A stretch of DNA of 64,000 bases, taken from contig CM119263.1 in the NCBI GenBank assembly GCA_051294375.1, positions 8,381,992 to 8,445,991 on the forward strand, written 5' to 3'. Source of the stretch: Paraspadella gotoi. Lineage: Eukaryota > Animalia > Chaetognatha. Below are positions 1 through 26,705 of this stretch, piece by piece. Positions within the stretch are counted from its first letter, which is position 1. Each line of letters opens with the position of its first letter. The notes beneath the pieces are model-generated. The model saw only the letters and a list, made by a program, of their open reading frames with translations, did no database searches and was not told the DNA's origin. The translations under genes and the position numbers were made by a program.

Positions 1-62
<62 letters not shown>
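1..62. repeat. (GA)n microsatellite
   Basis: Direct reading; further long (GA/CT)n tracts at ~6510-6800, 12856-12938, 16358-16460, 19274-19378, 21700-21795, and bordering most N gaps. Confidence 0.99.
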
Positions 63-69
<7 letters not shown>

Positions 70-3000
70 TCAAAGGTTGGAATTAAAACCCAAAGCCGAT
101 CTGAAACGGAAAGGAGGTTGAAAGAAATAAAAAGAAGTGGGGAAAAGAAAAAGGGGAAGAGGAAGGGAAAACGGAAATATCTCGCGAACAGAAGGAAATG
201 AAGAAAGAGAAAAAAAAAAGGAAATAAGGAAAGAAAAAAAAGGAAATGAGGAGGCTGATCGGAAGAACGTCGTGCTCATATTAAAGATTGACATTGAAAA
301 AGAGGAGAAACGAAAAGTGAAAGTTTTGAACATTTAATTTTTTTAAAAACCTAACAAACGAACCAAAATTAATTTTACCTAATATATAAAGAAAAGAAAG
401 AGAAAAAGAGGAGAGAAGGAGAGAGAAGAAAAAAGAAAAATAAAATTAAAAAAAATCATTTGACGTCGTTTCCAGGAGAAACAGTGGGAATGAGCGGGAA
501 TACCTATCTGGAAGGGAAAAGGAAGAAAAATAGAAAAGATAAAATGCGAGAGAACGAAAATGAAAAAGAAAAAAAGGGAAAAAAAGGCATAGATGTCGCT
601 TTAACGGAATAAGAGGAACAATAAGTAAAGAAAGAAAAAGGAACGCGACGCCAAATGCGACTCAATATCTAGAGCGAGTATTCGCCGCCGTTCTCGCTCG
701 ACGGTTAGAAAGAAAATAGAAAAGATTAAAAAAAAAGGGAAAAAAATGGCTAAAAGAAAGGAAGCGTCTTAGGAAAAGGGTGACAAGAAAATAAAGGAGA
801 TTAAGTGAGTTTGCAAGAGAGAGGGAAAAAAAAAGAGAGAAAATGAAAAACGTTTCACGACGTTAAGGAAAACCAAAGACAAAGAAAGAGAAAATTGTTT
901 CAGCAGAATAAACGTAAGACTTTTTACTTATAAATAAACAAAATGGGGGGAAAAAAAGAAAAGCATAAATATAAAAAAAGGTCATTTCAAACTATACCAA
1001 AAATGAAAAAGAAAGGGCAAAACCTTCGAAAAATAAGATGAAAACCCTAAAAAAAAATATGAAAACGGAAATCTCAAGAAGAGGAGGGAGAAGCGGAAAA
1101 AGAAGCGGAATAAGAAGCGGAACGAGAAGCGGAATAAGAAGCGAATGCTTGTTGACCCAAAGTCGGAAGAAAAAGGTCGTCCATTTCCGGTAAAAAACTT
1201 TCGCCATTTTGACTCGAAACTGGAAAAGGTGACGAACGAAGGGAGATCGTGGATTGTGAATCGTGAGAAGAGAGAAAAGTGAGAGGCTGTGAATCTGAAC
1301 GAAAAGGGAATTACGATAACGACGACGACGATGACGACGATGACAACTATAAGTAATGACGGCGATGATGAGATGAATAAACATTAAACAATGATAATGA
1401 AACGATGACGACAAGGATACAGTTGATGACGTGCGACAATGCGGACATCGATGACAACAAGAAAGACGATGACAGCGACGAAATAAACGACAACGCTGAC
1501 AACGACGACGACGACGACGACGATCTCGGCTTCAACCATTTATCGCGCAGAAATTTTAAATTTAAAACGAATCGAAAAATACGAAGGTAATTTTAACTTT
1601 CTTTTCCGTAACATTCTCTCTAGTTCTCTCTCTCTCTCTCTCTCNNNNNNNNNNNNNNNNNNNNNNNNNNNNNNNNNNNNNNNNNNNNNNNNNNNNNNNN
1701 NNNNNNNNNNNNNNNNNNNNNNNNNNNNNNNNNNNNNNNNNNNNNNNNNNNNNNNNNNNNNNNNNNNNNNNNNNNNNNNNNNNNNNNNNNNNNNNNNNNN
1801 NNNNNNNNNNNNNNNNNNNNNNNNNNNNNNNNNNNNNNNNNNNNNNNNNNNNNNNNNNNNNNNNNNNNNNNNNNNNNNNNNNNNNNNNNNNNNNNNNNNN
1901 NNNNNNNNNNNNNNNNNNNNNNNNNNNNNNNNNNNNNNNNNNNNNNNNNNNNNNNNNNNNNNNNNNNNNNNNNNNNNNNNNNNNNNNNNNNNNNNNNNNN
2001 NNNNNNNNNNNNNNNNNNNNNNNNNNNNNNNNNNNNNNNNNNNNNNNNNNNNNNNNNNNNNNNNNNNNNNNNNNNNNNNNNNNNNNNNNNNNNNNNNNNN
2101 NNNNNNNNNNNNNNNNNNNNNNNNNNNNNNNNNNNNNNNNNNNNNNNNNNNNNNNNNNNNNNNNNNNNNNNNNNNNNNNNNNNNNNNNNNNNNNNNNNNN
2201 NNNNNNNNNNNNNNNNNNNNNNNNNNNNNNNNNNNNAGAGAGAGAGAGAGATGGCGTTAAACCTTTTTTTTATTTCTTGTTAAATGGACGCACATTCGGC
2301 GACGCTGGGGAGCAGTAAATAGGTGTTAGGGAACGAAAAGGCAAAAATAATTAAATGCGAATGAGACTCGACTCGATTTCTTGTCTCATTTCACCGAAGT
2401 CTCAGAGCAGCTGGAAAAAAATTGGAATCAAAATGTTCAAACGGAACTTGAGGAAAAGTTGAATAAAATAGAGAGGAAAAAAACAAAAAACAACTGAAAC
2501 AAAAATGAGTTGGGCTGCTGTTAGTTGGAGCAACATTTGAAATAATAAAAAGTTCTGAACTGCAAAAGTTGTGTGGCAACATGACAATGTTCGAACGACG
2601 ACACACTAAAGGATCTCGAATCCACATCACTTTTCCTTTCAAAACACGAATCCTCGACACGACGAACACCACGATTCCAACGATCTTGATCAAGGACAAC
2701 AACAACAACAACGAAGCTGGCGATCCGACGGAATTAGACAAAAGCGAAAAGCGAAAAGGTCGTTGCGGCCTCTCTCGACATTTAGAAGAAAAAAAATGAT
2801 GCGGAGGAAGAGAAATAAATGAGCATCGGTCGAAGAGGGGGAGGATTTGGAAGGGTGACGGGGCAGGGGTGAGGGAGGGAAAGGTCGNNNNNNNNNNNNN
2901 NNNNNNNNNNNNNNNNNNNNNNNNNNNNNNNNNNNNNNNNNNNNNNNNNNNNNNNNNNNNNNNNNNNNNNNNNNNNNNNNNNNNNNNNNNNNNNNNNNNN

Positions 3001-3377
3001 NNNNNNNNNNNNNNNNNNNNNNNNNNNNNNNNNNNNNNNNNNNNNNNNNAGAGAGAGGGCAAAACCTATAATTTATAGGGGCCCTCTTATTCTTCATAAC
3101 CTCGTTATTTATCACGTTCCTGTTATTCAGCCGCAGAAAAAAAGCTTTTTTTTTTCTTCACAAAAATATCGTCGCTGACAAAAGTCACAAATTTAGAAAC
3201 GATTTTCCCAGAATTTTTTTTCTTTCCTCTGGTGATTCAAAATCAATATCGTTTTTGTAGTCTACAGTGTAGAAGATCCAGATAACGACCACACAGATTG
3301 CCATGGCTTGATTTAAATTCGCTAGGAAAGAAGATTAAAAATGAAAGGTTTTATACAATCTCAAAAATGTAGAAATG

Positions 3378-3490
3378 TAGAATTTTAGAATTTTAGAATT
3401 TTAGAATTTTAGAATTTTAGAATTTTAGAATTTTAGAATTATAGAATTTTAGAATTTTAGAATTTTAGAATTTTAGAATTTTAGAATTTT
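3378..3490. repeat. (AGAATTTT)n 8-bp tandem repeat
   Basis: About 13-14 nearly perfect copies. Confidence 0.97.
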
Positions 3491-3663
3491 AATATTTTAA
3501 AGAGTCTTATGTGAAGATTACTTAGTACTGATATTGTTTAATAAAAGACGATTATTTTTTTAAATAATGTTTTCTTAATAAATTTTAGGACCTGATAGAA
3601 AATTCATCATTAAAATAATGTGTGAGGTTACAGAAAAAAAATTGGAAAAGACAATGGTCTTGC

Positions 3664-3703
<40 letters not shown>

Positions 3704-5271
3704 CCCATCATGAATCTATTTGAAAAAAAAAGATGAAACCATCGGGAAAAGAATTGACGTAGAATTGCTCACCTGAGTCTGAGTTTGGATGAAAACTTTT
3801 ATTTTTTTCTTCTCTTTGGTTTTCTTTCAATTTACTTTTTTTTTCATATCATTTTTGTANNNNNNNNNNNNNNNNNNNNNNNNNNNNNNNNNNNNNNNNN
3901 NNNNNNNNNNNNNNNNNNNNNNNNNNNNNNNNNNNNNNNNNNNNNNNNNNNNNNNNNNNNNNNNNNNNNNNNNNNNNNNNNNNNNNNNNNNNNNNNNNNN
4001 NNNNNNNNNNNNNNNNNNNNNNNNNNNNNNNNNNNNNNNNNNNNNNNNNNNNNNNNNNNNNNNNNNNNNNNNNNNNNNNNNNNNNNNNNNNNNNNNNNNN
4101 NNNNNNNNNNNNNNNNNNNNNNNNNNNNNNNNNNNNNNNNNNNNNNNNNNNNNNNNNNNNNNNNNNNNNNNNNNNNNNNNNNNNNNNNNNNNNNNNNNNN
4201 NNNNNNNNNNNNNNNNNNNNNNNNNNNNNNNNNNNNNNNNNNNNNNNNNNNNNNNNNNNNNNNNNNNNNNNNNNNNNNNNNNNNNNNNNNNNNNNNNNNN
4301 NNNNNNNNNNNNNNNNNNNNNNNNNNNNNNNNNNNNNNNNNNNNNNNNNNNNNNNNNNNNNNNNNNNNNNNNNNNNNNNNNNNNNNNNNNNNNNNNNNNN
4401 NNNNNNNNNNNNNNNNNNNNNNNNNNNNNNNNNNNNNNNNNNNNNNNNNNNNNNNNNNNNNNNNNNNNNNNNNNNNNNNNNNNNNNNNNNNNNNNNNNNN
4501 NNNNNNNNNNNNNNNNNNNNNNNNNNNNNNNNNNNNNNNNNNNNNNNNNNNNNNNNNNNNNNNNNNNNNNNNNNNNNNNNNNNNNNNNNNNNNNNNNNNN
4601 NNNNNNNNNNNNNNNNNNNNNNNNNNNNNNNNNNNNNNNNNNNNTTTCTTTCAATTTACTTTTTTTTTCATATCATTTTTGTATCTAATTCTAGGAGATA
4701 ATGTACTCAGACACGAGAAATGAAACTTAATATTTCCACTCAATTTCTCGTCATTTTTTTATCTTTTCGTGTTTTTTTTTTCTTCTTCTTTCAAATCTTC
4801 TTTTTACTAATTTCTCTTCCCAAAATTCTTCATTTTATCATTTTTCTTTGACTCATTTTTCTTTTCCTTAATTTTCTTCTCATCATTTTTCATAGTTTTA
4901 ATTTTATCTTGTTTTTTTTTTCTCAAGTTTTTCTTACCAAATTTTCTAGTTTTTATTTCTTTCTCTTTTCAATTCTTCTTTCTTTCTTCATCGCGTTTCC
5001 ATCTTTTTTTCCTTCTATCATTTTTTTTTAAATCGAGTCATATGTGGTTCGTGCCTTCATTTTTCTGGGCGGATACTGTTTAGTATCAGATTCTCTTGAA
5101 ACTTTCATTGTGAATTTAGATAAAAATATGAAAATATATACAAACATCAAGTGTTTTTTACGAAAACCAAAAAGGATCATTTTTTGCCTTTAGTCTTTCG
5201 AAATCTTCTGATCTTTCTGCCTTTCTGACTTTTTTTTATCGTGCTACATTCATGATACTATATCTTTTGTC

Positions 5272-5306
<35 letters not shown>

Positions 5307-6524
5307 NNNNNNNNNNNNNNNNNNNNNNNNNNNNNNNNNNNNNNNNNNNNNNNNNNNNNNNNNNNNNNNNNNNNNNNNNNNNNNNNNNNNNNNNNNNNNN
5401 NNNNNNNNNNNNNNNNNNNNNNNNCTCTCTTTCCCTCTCTCTCTCCGTCCCAGTCCCCAGAGCACCAGCATTTTTCGAAAGACCTTTTCAAACCCTCTTC
5501 CATTGGAATCTGTCTTTCGCACTGGAATAAAAGTAATCGTAGAGAAGAGGGGACAATGGGTTTACCCTGATTATCCCGCTGATAATGACATTCCAAGATC
5601 CGAGAAGAAAAAGAGTTTTTTTTTTCTTTTAATATTTCTCCGCGGGATAATTTAGTTACGAGGATGAAGAGAGAGAGAAAGAGAGGATGAAGAGANNNNN
5701 NNNNNNNNNNNNNNNNNNNNNNNNNNNNNNNNNNNNNNNNNNNNNNNNNNNNNNNNNNNNNNNNNNNNNNNNNNNNNNNNNNNNNNNNNNNNNNNTCTCT
5801 TCTTTCACCTCATTCCCCGATTATGCTTTCCCTTCTTTTTCTTTTTCCTCCTTTTTCCTCCTTTTTCTTCTCTCTTCTTCCTCATTGGTCTAATCTCGTT
5901 TCGCCGATCAACTCCACCTGAGCTTCTTTTTTTTCCGAGGGAGTCGCCATATTTTTTTTTCTCCTTGTCCTCGTTGTCCTTCCTCATGTCCTCTGTCTCC
6001 TTTCATTATCCTACCTCACGTCCTTGTCCTCCTTTTTTTTCCTTCTCCGACTTCGCTGAGTCGTTCGCTTCATTTCCTTCCCCTCTTCTTCTCCCTAAGT
6101 TTCCATTATCATTTTCCTTATCCGATTAACTTATTTTTCTTTATTTCGATTGTCTTAATTTAACCTTCATTTTTAAGTGGCGTTTTTCGATCCTTCGCAT
6201 TTAATCATAATGATTATCTATTAAACGAATTGTTAATTTTAATATTGGTTGTACCAATTTCATATCTATAATTGACCGAAACTCTTATCTTTCCCCGTCT
6301 TCTCATACCTCTTCCCTTTTTTTTTTCATTCTCGCTCCTCCCTTCTTCCTTCTTCCTCGTTTTCCTCTTCCTCTTCCTCCTTCCCTCTTTATCTTCCCCC
6401 ACAAAATGAAACAGTTCGGAAATCATTTTTTTCCTTCGCGGTCATATTTATCAAAACTCGAATTAACGGAGAAGATGAAAAAAATGGGACGGCGACGCAT
6501 TTGTTTGAGCTCTCTCTCTTCTGC

Positions 6525-6564
<40 letters not shown>

Positions 6565-6591
6565 CTCTCTCTCTCTCCTACTCTCCTCTCT

Positions 6592-6645
<54 letters not shown>

Positions 6646-6754
6646 TCCTCTCTCTCTTCTCTCCTTCTCTCTCTCTCTACTCTCTCTTCATCTCTCTCTC
6701 CTCTTCCCTTCTCCTCTTCTCTCTCTCTCTCTCTCTCTCCTCTCCTCTCTTCTC

Positions 6755-6792
<38 letters not shown>

Positions 6793-8240
6793 CCTCACTC
6801 TCTCTGTTTCCAGTGGCGCAAGAGTGCGGGATTGCTCGATACAAACCACGTAGGAGTAATATTATCGGTAAATAGCTATCACTCATCCAAACTACCGACC
6901 CGCCACCACTCCCTTCGCCAACCAACGCCGCCGCATCACCGCTCTATTTTTATTTCTGTCTGTTATCAAAGAATCCCCGGGAAATCATAACTTTCCTGCT
7001 GCTGATGCCGGCGGCGAATGCTGCAGCTGATGTCGCTGCTGCTCTCGTTGCCGCGCCCGCTGGTTCTGCTGGGAATCGGATTATTAAAGCCCCCCCCCCT
7101 CTGTTCGCCATCCTTGGGTTTTCTCATGCTCTTCTCTTATATCACACCTTATCATTTATCCCTCAGTTTTCTATTTCCATCAGTTCATTAATCCCTTACT
7201 TTCCCACTTTTTACCCCAGGGAGGTACTCATTCCTAACATTTAGTACAACCTTTACCATACAATTTTAAATTACTATTACTATTAATTACTATTACATTA
7301 TTATTTTAAATTACTATTACTTTGCCATACAATTTTAAATTACTATTCACCCGCTTCCTTCAATTTCCTTCCTGAGAATAAAATCGACGTAAATATTTTT
7401 ATTATTGAACTATTTTTTAACATATATCTTTTTATTCCGTTCCGAAGCAGTAAAAAAAGTCATATTTTTTTCCATTTTTAACAATTTTTTTTAAGTTCTT
7501 TATCTGGTAAAAAAATTTAGATTAACTTGGATATTATTCGATATGAATAAATTTTCTCTCTTTTTTTTTTTAAATAAATTTCTCAAGTTTTATGACTTTG
7601 TTTTTTTTTTCTTTTTTCGCTTTATTTTCCTTTCATAATATTTTTCCTTCTAATTTTTTTCTTCATCTACCGCTCCTGTCATTTGCATAACCAACTCTTA
7701 CTTTTTTCCTCTTTCCCCATTTCTTTCCTATCACCTTTTCATCTGTCTCTCTCTCTCTCTTCCCCCTTCCCTCCTCTTCTCCCCATCCCTTCCTCCCTCC
7801 TCTTCCTCCCTCCTCTTCCTCCCTCCTCTTTTCTCCCTTCTTCCGCCATTTCGTCTTCATCCTTTGGGGAAAAAAAACCCTTAGGAAATTTATGTGCTTT
7901 TTTTTTCGCAATAGTTTCGTCTTCAGTGTAGTTTCTCTATTCAGCGAATTCGGATTTAATTGTGGCTGCGACTGCAAACAGTTACCCTATGCACAGTGCA
8001 CTGTGCAAGTTGCGGGGATACTGTACAGTACGCCGGTCGTTGTACAATACAAGGATAGTGGGTTGTACTAAACTAAAATACATTAATTGAAAACGAGTTT
8101 ATCATTTGGTTCCACTTTCGGTTATTTAAATTCTTTTATTCAATTTATAAGTGTAAAATTGTAAATTAAAATTTTTTTATAATTTAATCTTAACAATTTC
8201 TCCCTCCCCCTTTCCCCCTTCTGTCTCTTGGCTTCGACAG

Positions 8241-19151
<10,911 letters not shown>

Positions 19152-19269
19152 AAAAAAAAAAAGATTCCGAAGACTAAAAAAAAACGTTTTAACAAATCGA
19201 AAAGATGAAAGCGGAAAAATCTTTAATGATAATAAAATTTGCACCGATTCACGAATTCGAGGGTTACTA

Positions 19270-19382
<113 letters not shown>

Positions 19383-20030
19383 ACCCGGGTTTCGTTCTCT
19401 CCATCTCTTTTCGGCTTCACTCTCTCGCGACCTCAAAAAACTTAGAAGAGAAAAAGTAGAGAGAGAGAAAAAAAGGAAAAAAAGAGAAAGAGAATGATCC
19501 TCTCACGAAATTTCACTGGTCACGTGATTTTTTTTTTTTAAACTCTGACTCTTTCTTTTGATTTCTTTTTTTTTCCTGTTTTCACTGAAACTAAAAGGTT
19601 ACCAACTGTTAACGCGGATTGATTTATTGTTACTGGCCAAAAATTAATCATGGTCTTTTTTTTTTATTTACTGAACGGAAACTCTGTTTGCTCGTTTGTT
19701 TGTTTGATTGATTGATTGGTTTTCTGCGAAGGGACAATCTTTTTTCGTCGGGAAAGCCACTGCCCCCCCGTCGCTAGGAAACGGAAAGGCTAAATAAAAG
19801 TCGGGGTTTTAAGAAGAGTTTATCCTTTTTTTTTCAATAATACGTGTCGAGATAACATAGTATTATCAACTTCATATAATTACTGAGATTTTCAATAAAT
19901 TAATAATCTGTGACCAGGAAGTACGGATATACAGATGATCAAAAGCTGCAAGGATGCATAAAATAAATATTTATACAATTCCCTGGTTCGGAAAATGTTC
20001 ATAATCGCATCGTTGTGTTTTAAATGATGT

Positions 20031-20068
<38 letters not shown>

Positions 20069-21690
20069 CTTCGGTCTCTCTTCTCGTCTCGTCTCCTCTT
20101 CGGATGTTCATATTCCTCCGTCTCTCTCGTTCTGCGGATCTCGCCTGTCCCTTCATTTGCCCGTTGTAATAACGAAAGTTTGAGAAAAATTGAACGTCAA
20201 TCGTTTTCATAATCCTTTCAGTTTTTCTTTCAAATTTTGACACAAACAATGATGATGAGCCTTAAAAAACTAAATTTTAAAAATAATTTATAAAAAAAAA
20301 TTGTGCCTGCCAGTTGACCGGAAGGTTCGCGGTGCCGTTGTCTTTTTTATTGCTAAACATTTATTCTCGTGAAAATTGTTTTGTTTAATTTGCTATTAAG
20401 GCCAAAAAAACTATTGAAATGGGAAATGGCGACAATCACCAATGAAACGAGGTCGGTTTTAGCATAAGTTGGTACGGGAAAACGATTGTAAAAAAAGTTA
20501 TTCGCAATTTGAACTTAGAACAGTTTTTTTTTTGGATCCAACGAATATTAAAACTTTTAATATCCTCGAATTAATCGCCCTAAAAAAAACGGGACCCAGT
20601 TAATTTCGTGCCGTTCGTGCTAACATTTGTGAAACCTAAGAGTATTATTTCAAACCTCTACGGTACATCGTATAAAAAAAAGTAGCCAGACCTCGTTCTA
20701 AATATGCATAGTATTATGCGTACGTATTGCATACGTAATATATGGATCGAGTCGTTATATATTTTTAAAAAGAAGAAAGCTTTTTTTTTAAATTTAGTTT
20801 GACAAGGGCACGCGATGTCGTGCGAGTCGCTCGCCGCTCGTACGACGCACTATGACCGAGTGATGACGTTCTTTCGTTCCCGTACGATAGCTAAGGCATG
20901 CACCGCCCCCCCACTCACTGCATCGTGTCTTATTCTTACTTCTGTTTTTTTTTCTTGTTTTTTTTTTTAATCTTCACTTTTCTCGCGGGCGCGTCGGGTC
21001 CGCGGCGACGAGTGTCACTCTTCGACGGCGTCGCGACGTGACGTGTCCGGTGCGCGTAGCGTGAAAACGACGCGCGGCGTCGCAGACCCGCGGATCTTTC
21101 GACCTGACGCTCTATACTAGTCCGAACTTTCTTGACCCAAGGACGCGTTTTACTCGAGATGCCGGTTTTTAATCGCTTGATATCTTTCGTTAATTTGTTT
21201 TTAAAACTTAATAATAAATCAATTAGAAATAAATTAATAAATCATAGTTTAAGCGACATTATTACGTTCCGGTCGGCATAGGGAATCGACACCAACACTT
21301 TTAGTGTCGTGTCTGGAGTTCCCAGCGTCACAAGCGCATCCAAGCGAAACGCGTCTCAAGTCAATTGGTTCCGTCATTCGACGTCGCGATTTCATTCTTT
21401 TTTTTCATATTCACGTCACCCTAAGTGACATGATGTCTGTTGACGTCTCATCATGTGATAGTTTATGTGATATGCCCCGTATAACATGTCACACTCGAAA
21501 CTTTCTCTCACGCTTTACCACTGCGTATCGTTAAAGGATGAACGTAGGCTTACGAATTCTAAATTATATTCTAACAAAAACAAATAAAATTTTTTCATGT
21601 AAAAACTATAAAAGGTTTTCTTTACCCATACTGGTCGCATGAAATCATGATCTTTTGTTGGGTTTTCAGTAGAACAATTTATTTTTTGTT

Positions 21691-21799
<109 letters not shown>

Positions 21800-22989
21800 C
21801 CCTCATCCTCTTTCTCTTTCTCACACACTCACTCACTCAAAGACACTCACAGAGTTTAGTATTATTAGCTTTTAGTTCCAAGAGTGCGAAAGCAAAAAAA
21901 GCAAATCCCTCAAAAGAATCCCACTCAAAACTAAATACATTGAAGTTTCAAACTGAAAACTGCCAGTACTAGAAAACAAAAAAATATAATCGCTGCTAGC
22001 AACAAAACATTTGGCTGAGATTTTAGTTTTAAATTTAAAATAAAATATCGACAGGATTCAACTAGAAACATAGCCCTAAGAATTATTACTAATTATGTTT
22101 CGGTTACGATCAAAATAAGAATTGAAAAAAACCTCACACTGGAAAGCGACATTTAATTAAAATTAAGTTTAAAGTTCGATATTTTAACATTAATGTTAAG
22201 AAATATCTACTGGATTTTTTTCCCTTTTTATCATAGGGGCACCGTTTGTACGATTATCAAATCCATACATACTCAATAAAAGAGGCAAAACAAATTTCTT
22301 TCTCACGTTCTCTCTTCAATCCCTTCTTTCCTAACTCCTCACCAAATCTTCCCGTCCCATTGAAATATTGACTACCTCATTTAGTAAAAATAAAACAACT
22401 AATGGAGTAAAATAATTACGAAAATAATAAAAGACAGTCCGCTTTCGAATATTTGGGAGGCTCTTTCTTTCGTGATTCTCAAATTTTTTTCCTTCCCTCT
22501 TTTTTATTATCGATTGAAAATTAAAATAAAAAAACGTTTAAAAGTCACGTCGTCCGTCGATCTTTCGCTCAACTTGTAAAACGTCAATTTTTTTTTTACA
22601 AAGATAAAAAAAACAGATCATAAGGTTTTTGGGTTGAGTGCGATCGACGTCGGAGATAAAAAGAAAACGTAATAAAAATTGAAGGACATGGAAAACTGCG
22701 AGATTGGCCTCCTCAAATTTTCGAGTCAAACTTAAATTTCTTCGATTTTTCATTCTCCTTCAATATTATTTTTCAATCCCCAGGACCCCGTTCTCTAACC
22801 GTAACCCCCCCACTCCACACAATTTCTGACAGCCCAATCCTCTCTTGCTCTAACTTCATTAATTCCATTTTCACATTTCCTCTCTTTTCCCATTTATGCC
22901 TTGTTTCACAAACCACATCACAGAAAGACTCAAGCGAAGGCATTTAACCGATTTGTTCCCAGGGCATTTCTCTCTCGTCGAAGCTCCGT

Positions 22990-23480
22990 CTTACTTTCCC
23001 TACTTAATATCTTTATTCTTATTACTTTCCCTACTGTCTATCTTCTTTCTTTTTTACTTTCTCTATTGTCTATCTTCTTTCTTTTTTACTTTCTCTACTT
23101 TCTTTTTTCTTCCTACTTTCTATCTTTTTCCTATTTCCTTCCCTACTTTATATCTTCTTCTTTCTTACTTTCCCTCCTGTCTATCTGCTTCCTTTTTACT
23201 TTCCTTACTGTCTATTTTCTTTCTTACTTTCCCTAATTTCTTTCTTCTTCCTTCTTACTAGGGAACTACTTTCTTTCTTTTTCCTTCTTAATTTCCCTAC
23301 TTTCTATCTTCGTCCTTGATTTCTCTACTTTCTATCTTCATCCTTCTTACTTTCTCTACTTTCTATCTTCCTCCTTCTTACTTTCTCTACTTTCTATCTT
23401 CCTCCTTCTTACTCTCTCTACTTTCTATCTTCTCCCTTCTTACTTTCCCTACTTTCTATCTTTTTCCTTCTTTCCTTCTC
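22990..23480. repeat. Pyrimidine-rich ~31-bp minisatellite (CTTACTTTCYCTACTTTCTATCTTC...)
   Basis: Many degenerate tandem copies. Confidence 0.9.
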
Positions 23481-23814
23481 TCATTTCTTTCTGCCTTTCT
23501 TTTCTTCCTCACCCATCCACTCAAAGAACTCACTCTCTCCATTCCCCGAATCCTCTAACCCTCACTCGGCCTTGTCCTTTCCCTTGCTGTCTGCACTTCT
23601 GCCACGTCCCTTCTCCTTTGCCTCGTTTTCTCTTTCCCAGTTAAAATCTCTGTAACTCAATGCGCTCTCAAATGCGCACTCAATGCGCGTGTGATGCGCG
23701 CAGATCAGACTCTTACGCGCGAACGTTCGTTGGGTCTGATACCCACTCTTTGGAATATTAGGCCAGTAGACGCATTTTCTCTTTTCTTTTTGTGTCCCTT
23801 TACTATGGTCGCTC

Positions 23815-24992
<1,178 letters not shown>

Positions 24993-26705
24993 GTATTCTT
25001 TATCAAATAAGTAGTTGCTTTATTTGTTTATTTTCGCTTGCTTAGATGCTTTCAACATATTAATAGCAAAACGCTTCTAATTGAGGCTTGCGTTAGTTTC
25101 AACAACAACAACAACAACAAAAATTTAGCGAGAGGTTTTTATTTTTTTTCCCCGTTTTGTTTGGAGATCACTAAACAGAATCCCTTATAAAATCCTTTCC
25201 CTCTTATACAATGATATCCTCGCTCTTAATGTTGCACTGTAATAATTAGACTTTTGCTACTATCATTCTTCTTTCATCCATGCATCCGGAGAACAAGCCT
25301 TACTACAGTATAATACAATTGACACGTTCGTTTTTTTTTTTTATTTATCCGTTTAGTTTTACTTCTTTATTCTAAATAGTACCGAAAATAGTCAATAGTT
25401 TTATTTTCCGTTCTTTCCCACCCCCTCTCCCCCGCCCCCCCAAAAAATTTTCTCTCCCTCAGCAGCGATTCCGTCGTGTCAACCCTGTTCTATTACTGTT
25501 TCGTGAGGTGCATCAATTTACTGTTAATCAACTTTTTTTTTTCTAAAAAAAAAAAATAATAATAAAATGAAGCGAAAATGTTGATTGTCTCTGTCTCAAA
25601 GAAAAAGAAGTTGAAGAAATGAAGAAAAAATGAAAAAAAAAGGAGAAGATGAAGAAGATTTGTCGTATATGTCATGTAAACTAAGTAATCTTCCTTTTCC
25701 TTGTAACTCTTTATCTTATTTTCGAAGTATATAATGTAAATGCATGTTTCAATATGTAATTTTGATGACCGTTGCCCATCGAAGAAAGTCGAGTCAATAA
25801 AAAGATTCCCCCAAATCCCTCAAAACAGAATTTCTTCTTTTTTTTTTTCTTTTGATGAATTGTCTCATGTGTTGGTGGAACAAACGATGTCATGCTTTAG
25901 AAAGATACTTTTTTTAAGATTAGGGGATTGTTTAATTTATTCTTTCTTTTTTTTTTATGGACTAATTGATCACGTCGTAGGGAATCTTAGATTTCGAATA
26001 TTTTAACACGAAAATCATAATGACTGAGAAAAGACATTTGGGAAGTGGGAAGGCAGTGAGGGCCAAATAGACGGAGAGACAACCGAACCACTTAAATAGT
26101 GAAACAAAAAACAGACGTACAGACAGACAGATAGACCGGAGAGAATGCGCAGCGAAAATGACTATCGAGTCAGATTGGGTTTTTTTTTAATTGTTGTCCT
26201 GTTTCGTTCCGTTGGATCGCGTCGAGCAGACGACCACTCGCGTCACCTCGTGACTCAGTTTCTTTGTTTGTCGACTCGAGTTTCACAAGAGACGCGAGAG
26301 ATGTCGCCTTTCATGGAAGAAGCATCGATTGGATTCAAGAACAAGAAATTAATTAGTGGGAGAAGAAAAAATCAAACGAACTCCTATAAGACTCGCTTTT
26401 TTTTCTGGCATCGAAATTTCTTTCTTGTCGGTTTTCCGCTTTTGCCCTCGGTCGAGGTGAGAACGATTCTAAAAAGAAAATTATATTGAAACCAAAATGA
26501 GTCAAAGATAAACCACTGTTCAAAACGCACATTAATCTCTTCACGTAAAAATCGAAATATAATTTTTAATACGAGATTGTATTACAAAAATAAATAAATA
26601 ACATACACTCGGGGGGAAAAAATGTAAAAAAAAATTGTAAACAAACAAAGGATCGCGAATCGGTCTCGAACCCGCGATCGTCCAGTCAAGTCTTTGCTCT
26701 CGTCC

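Noticed and set aside
3378-3490. TTTTAGAA array as telomeric repeat or CRISPR
   Set aside because: No spacers, no G-rich telomere motif; a simple intronic or intergenic tandem repeat.
3785-4723. Long ORFs across the N gap, and identical sequence on both gap sides (3821-3859, 4645-4683)
   Set aside because: ORFs are X-filled; duplicated flanks point to an unmerged contig overlap, not a TSD.
70-6990. K/R/E-rich, poly-SL and poly-RE ORFs
   Set aside because: Products of A/G-rich low-complexity DNA and (GA)n microsatellites.
7005-7244. Ala-rich ORF as the missing Mad first exon
   Set aside because: Lacks the Sin3-interaction motif and the basic region (HNELEKNR); no good donor.
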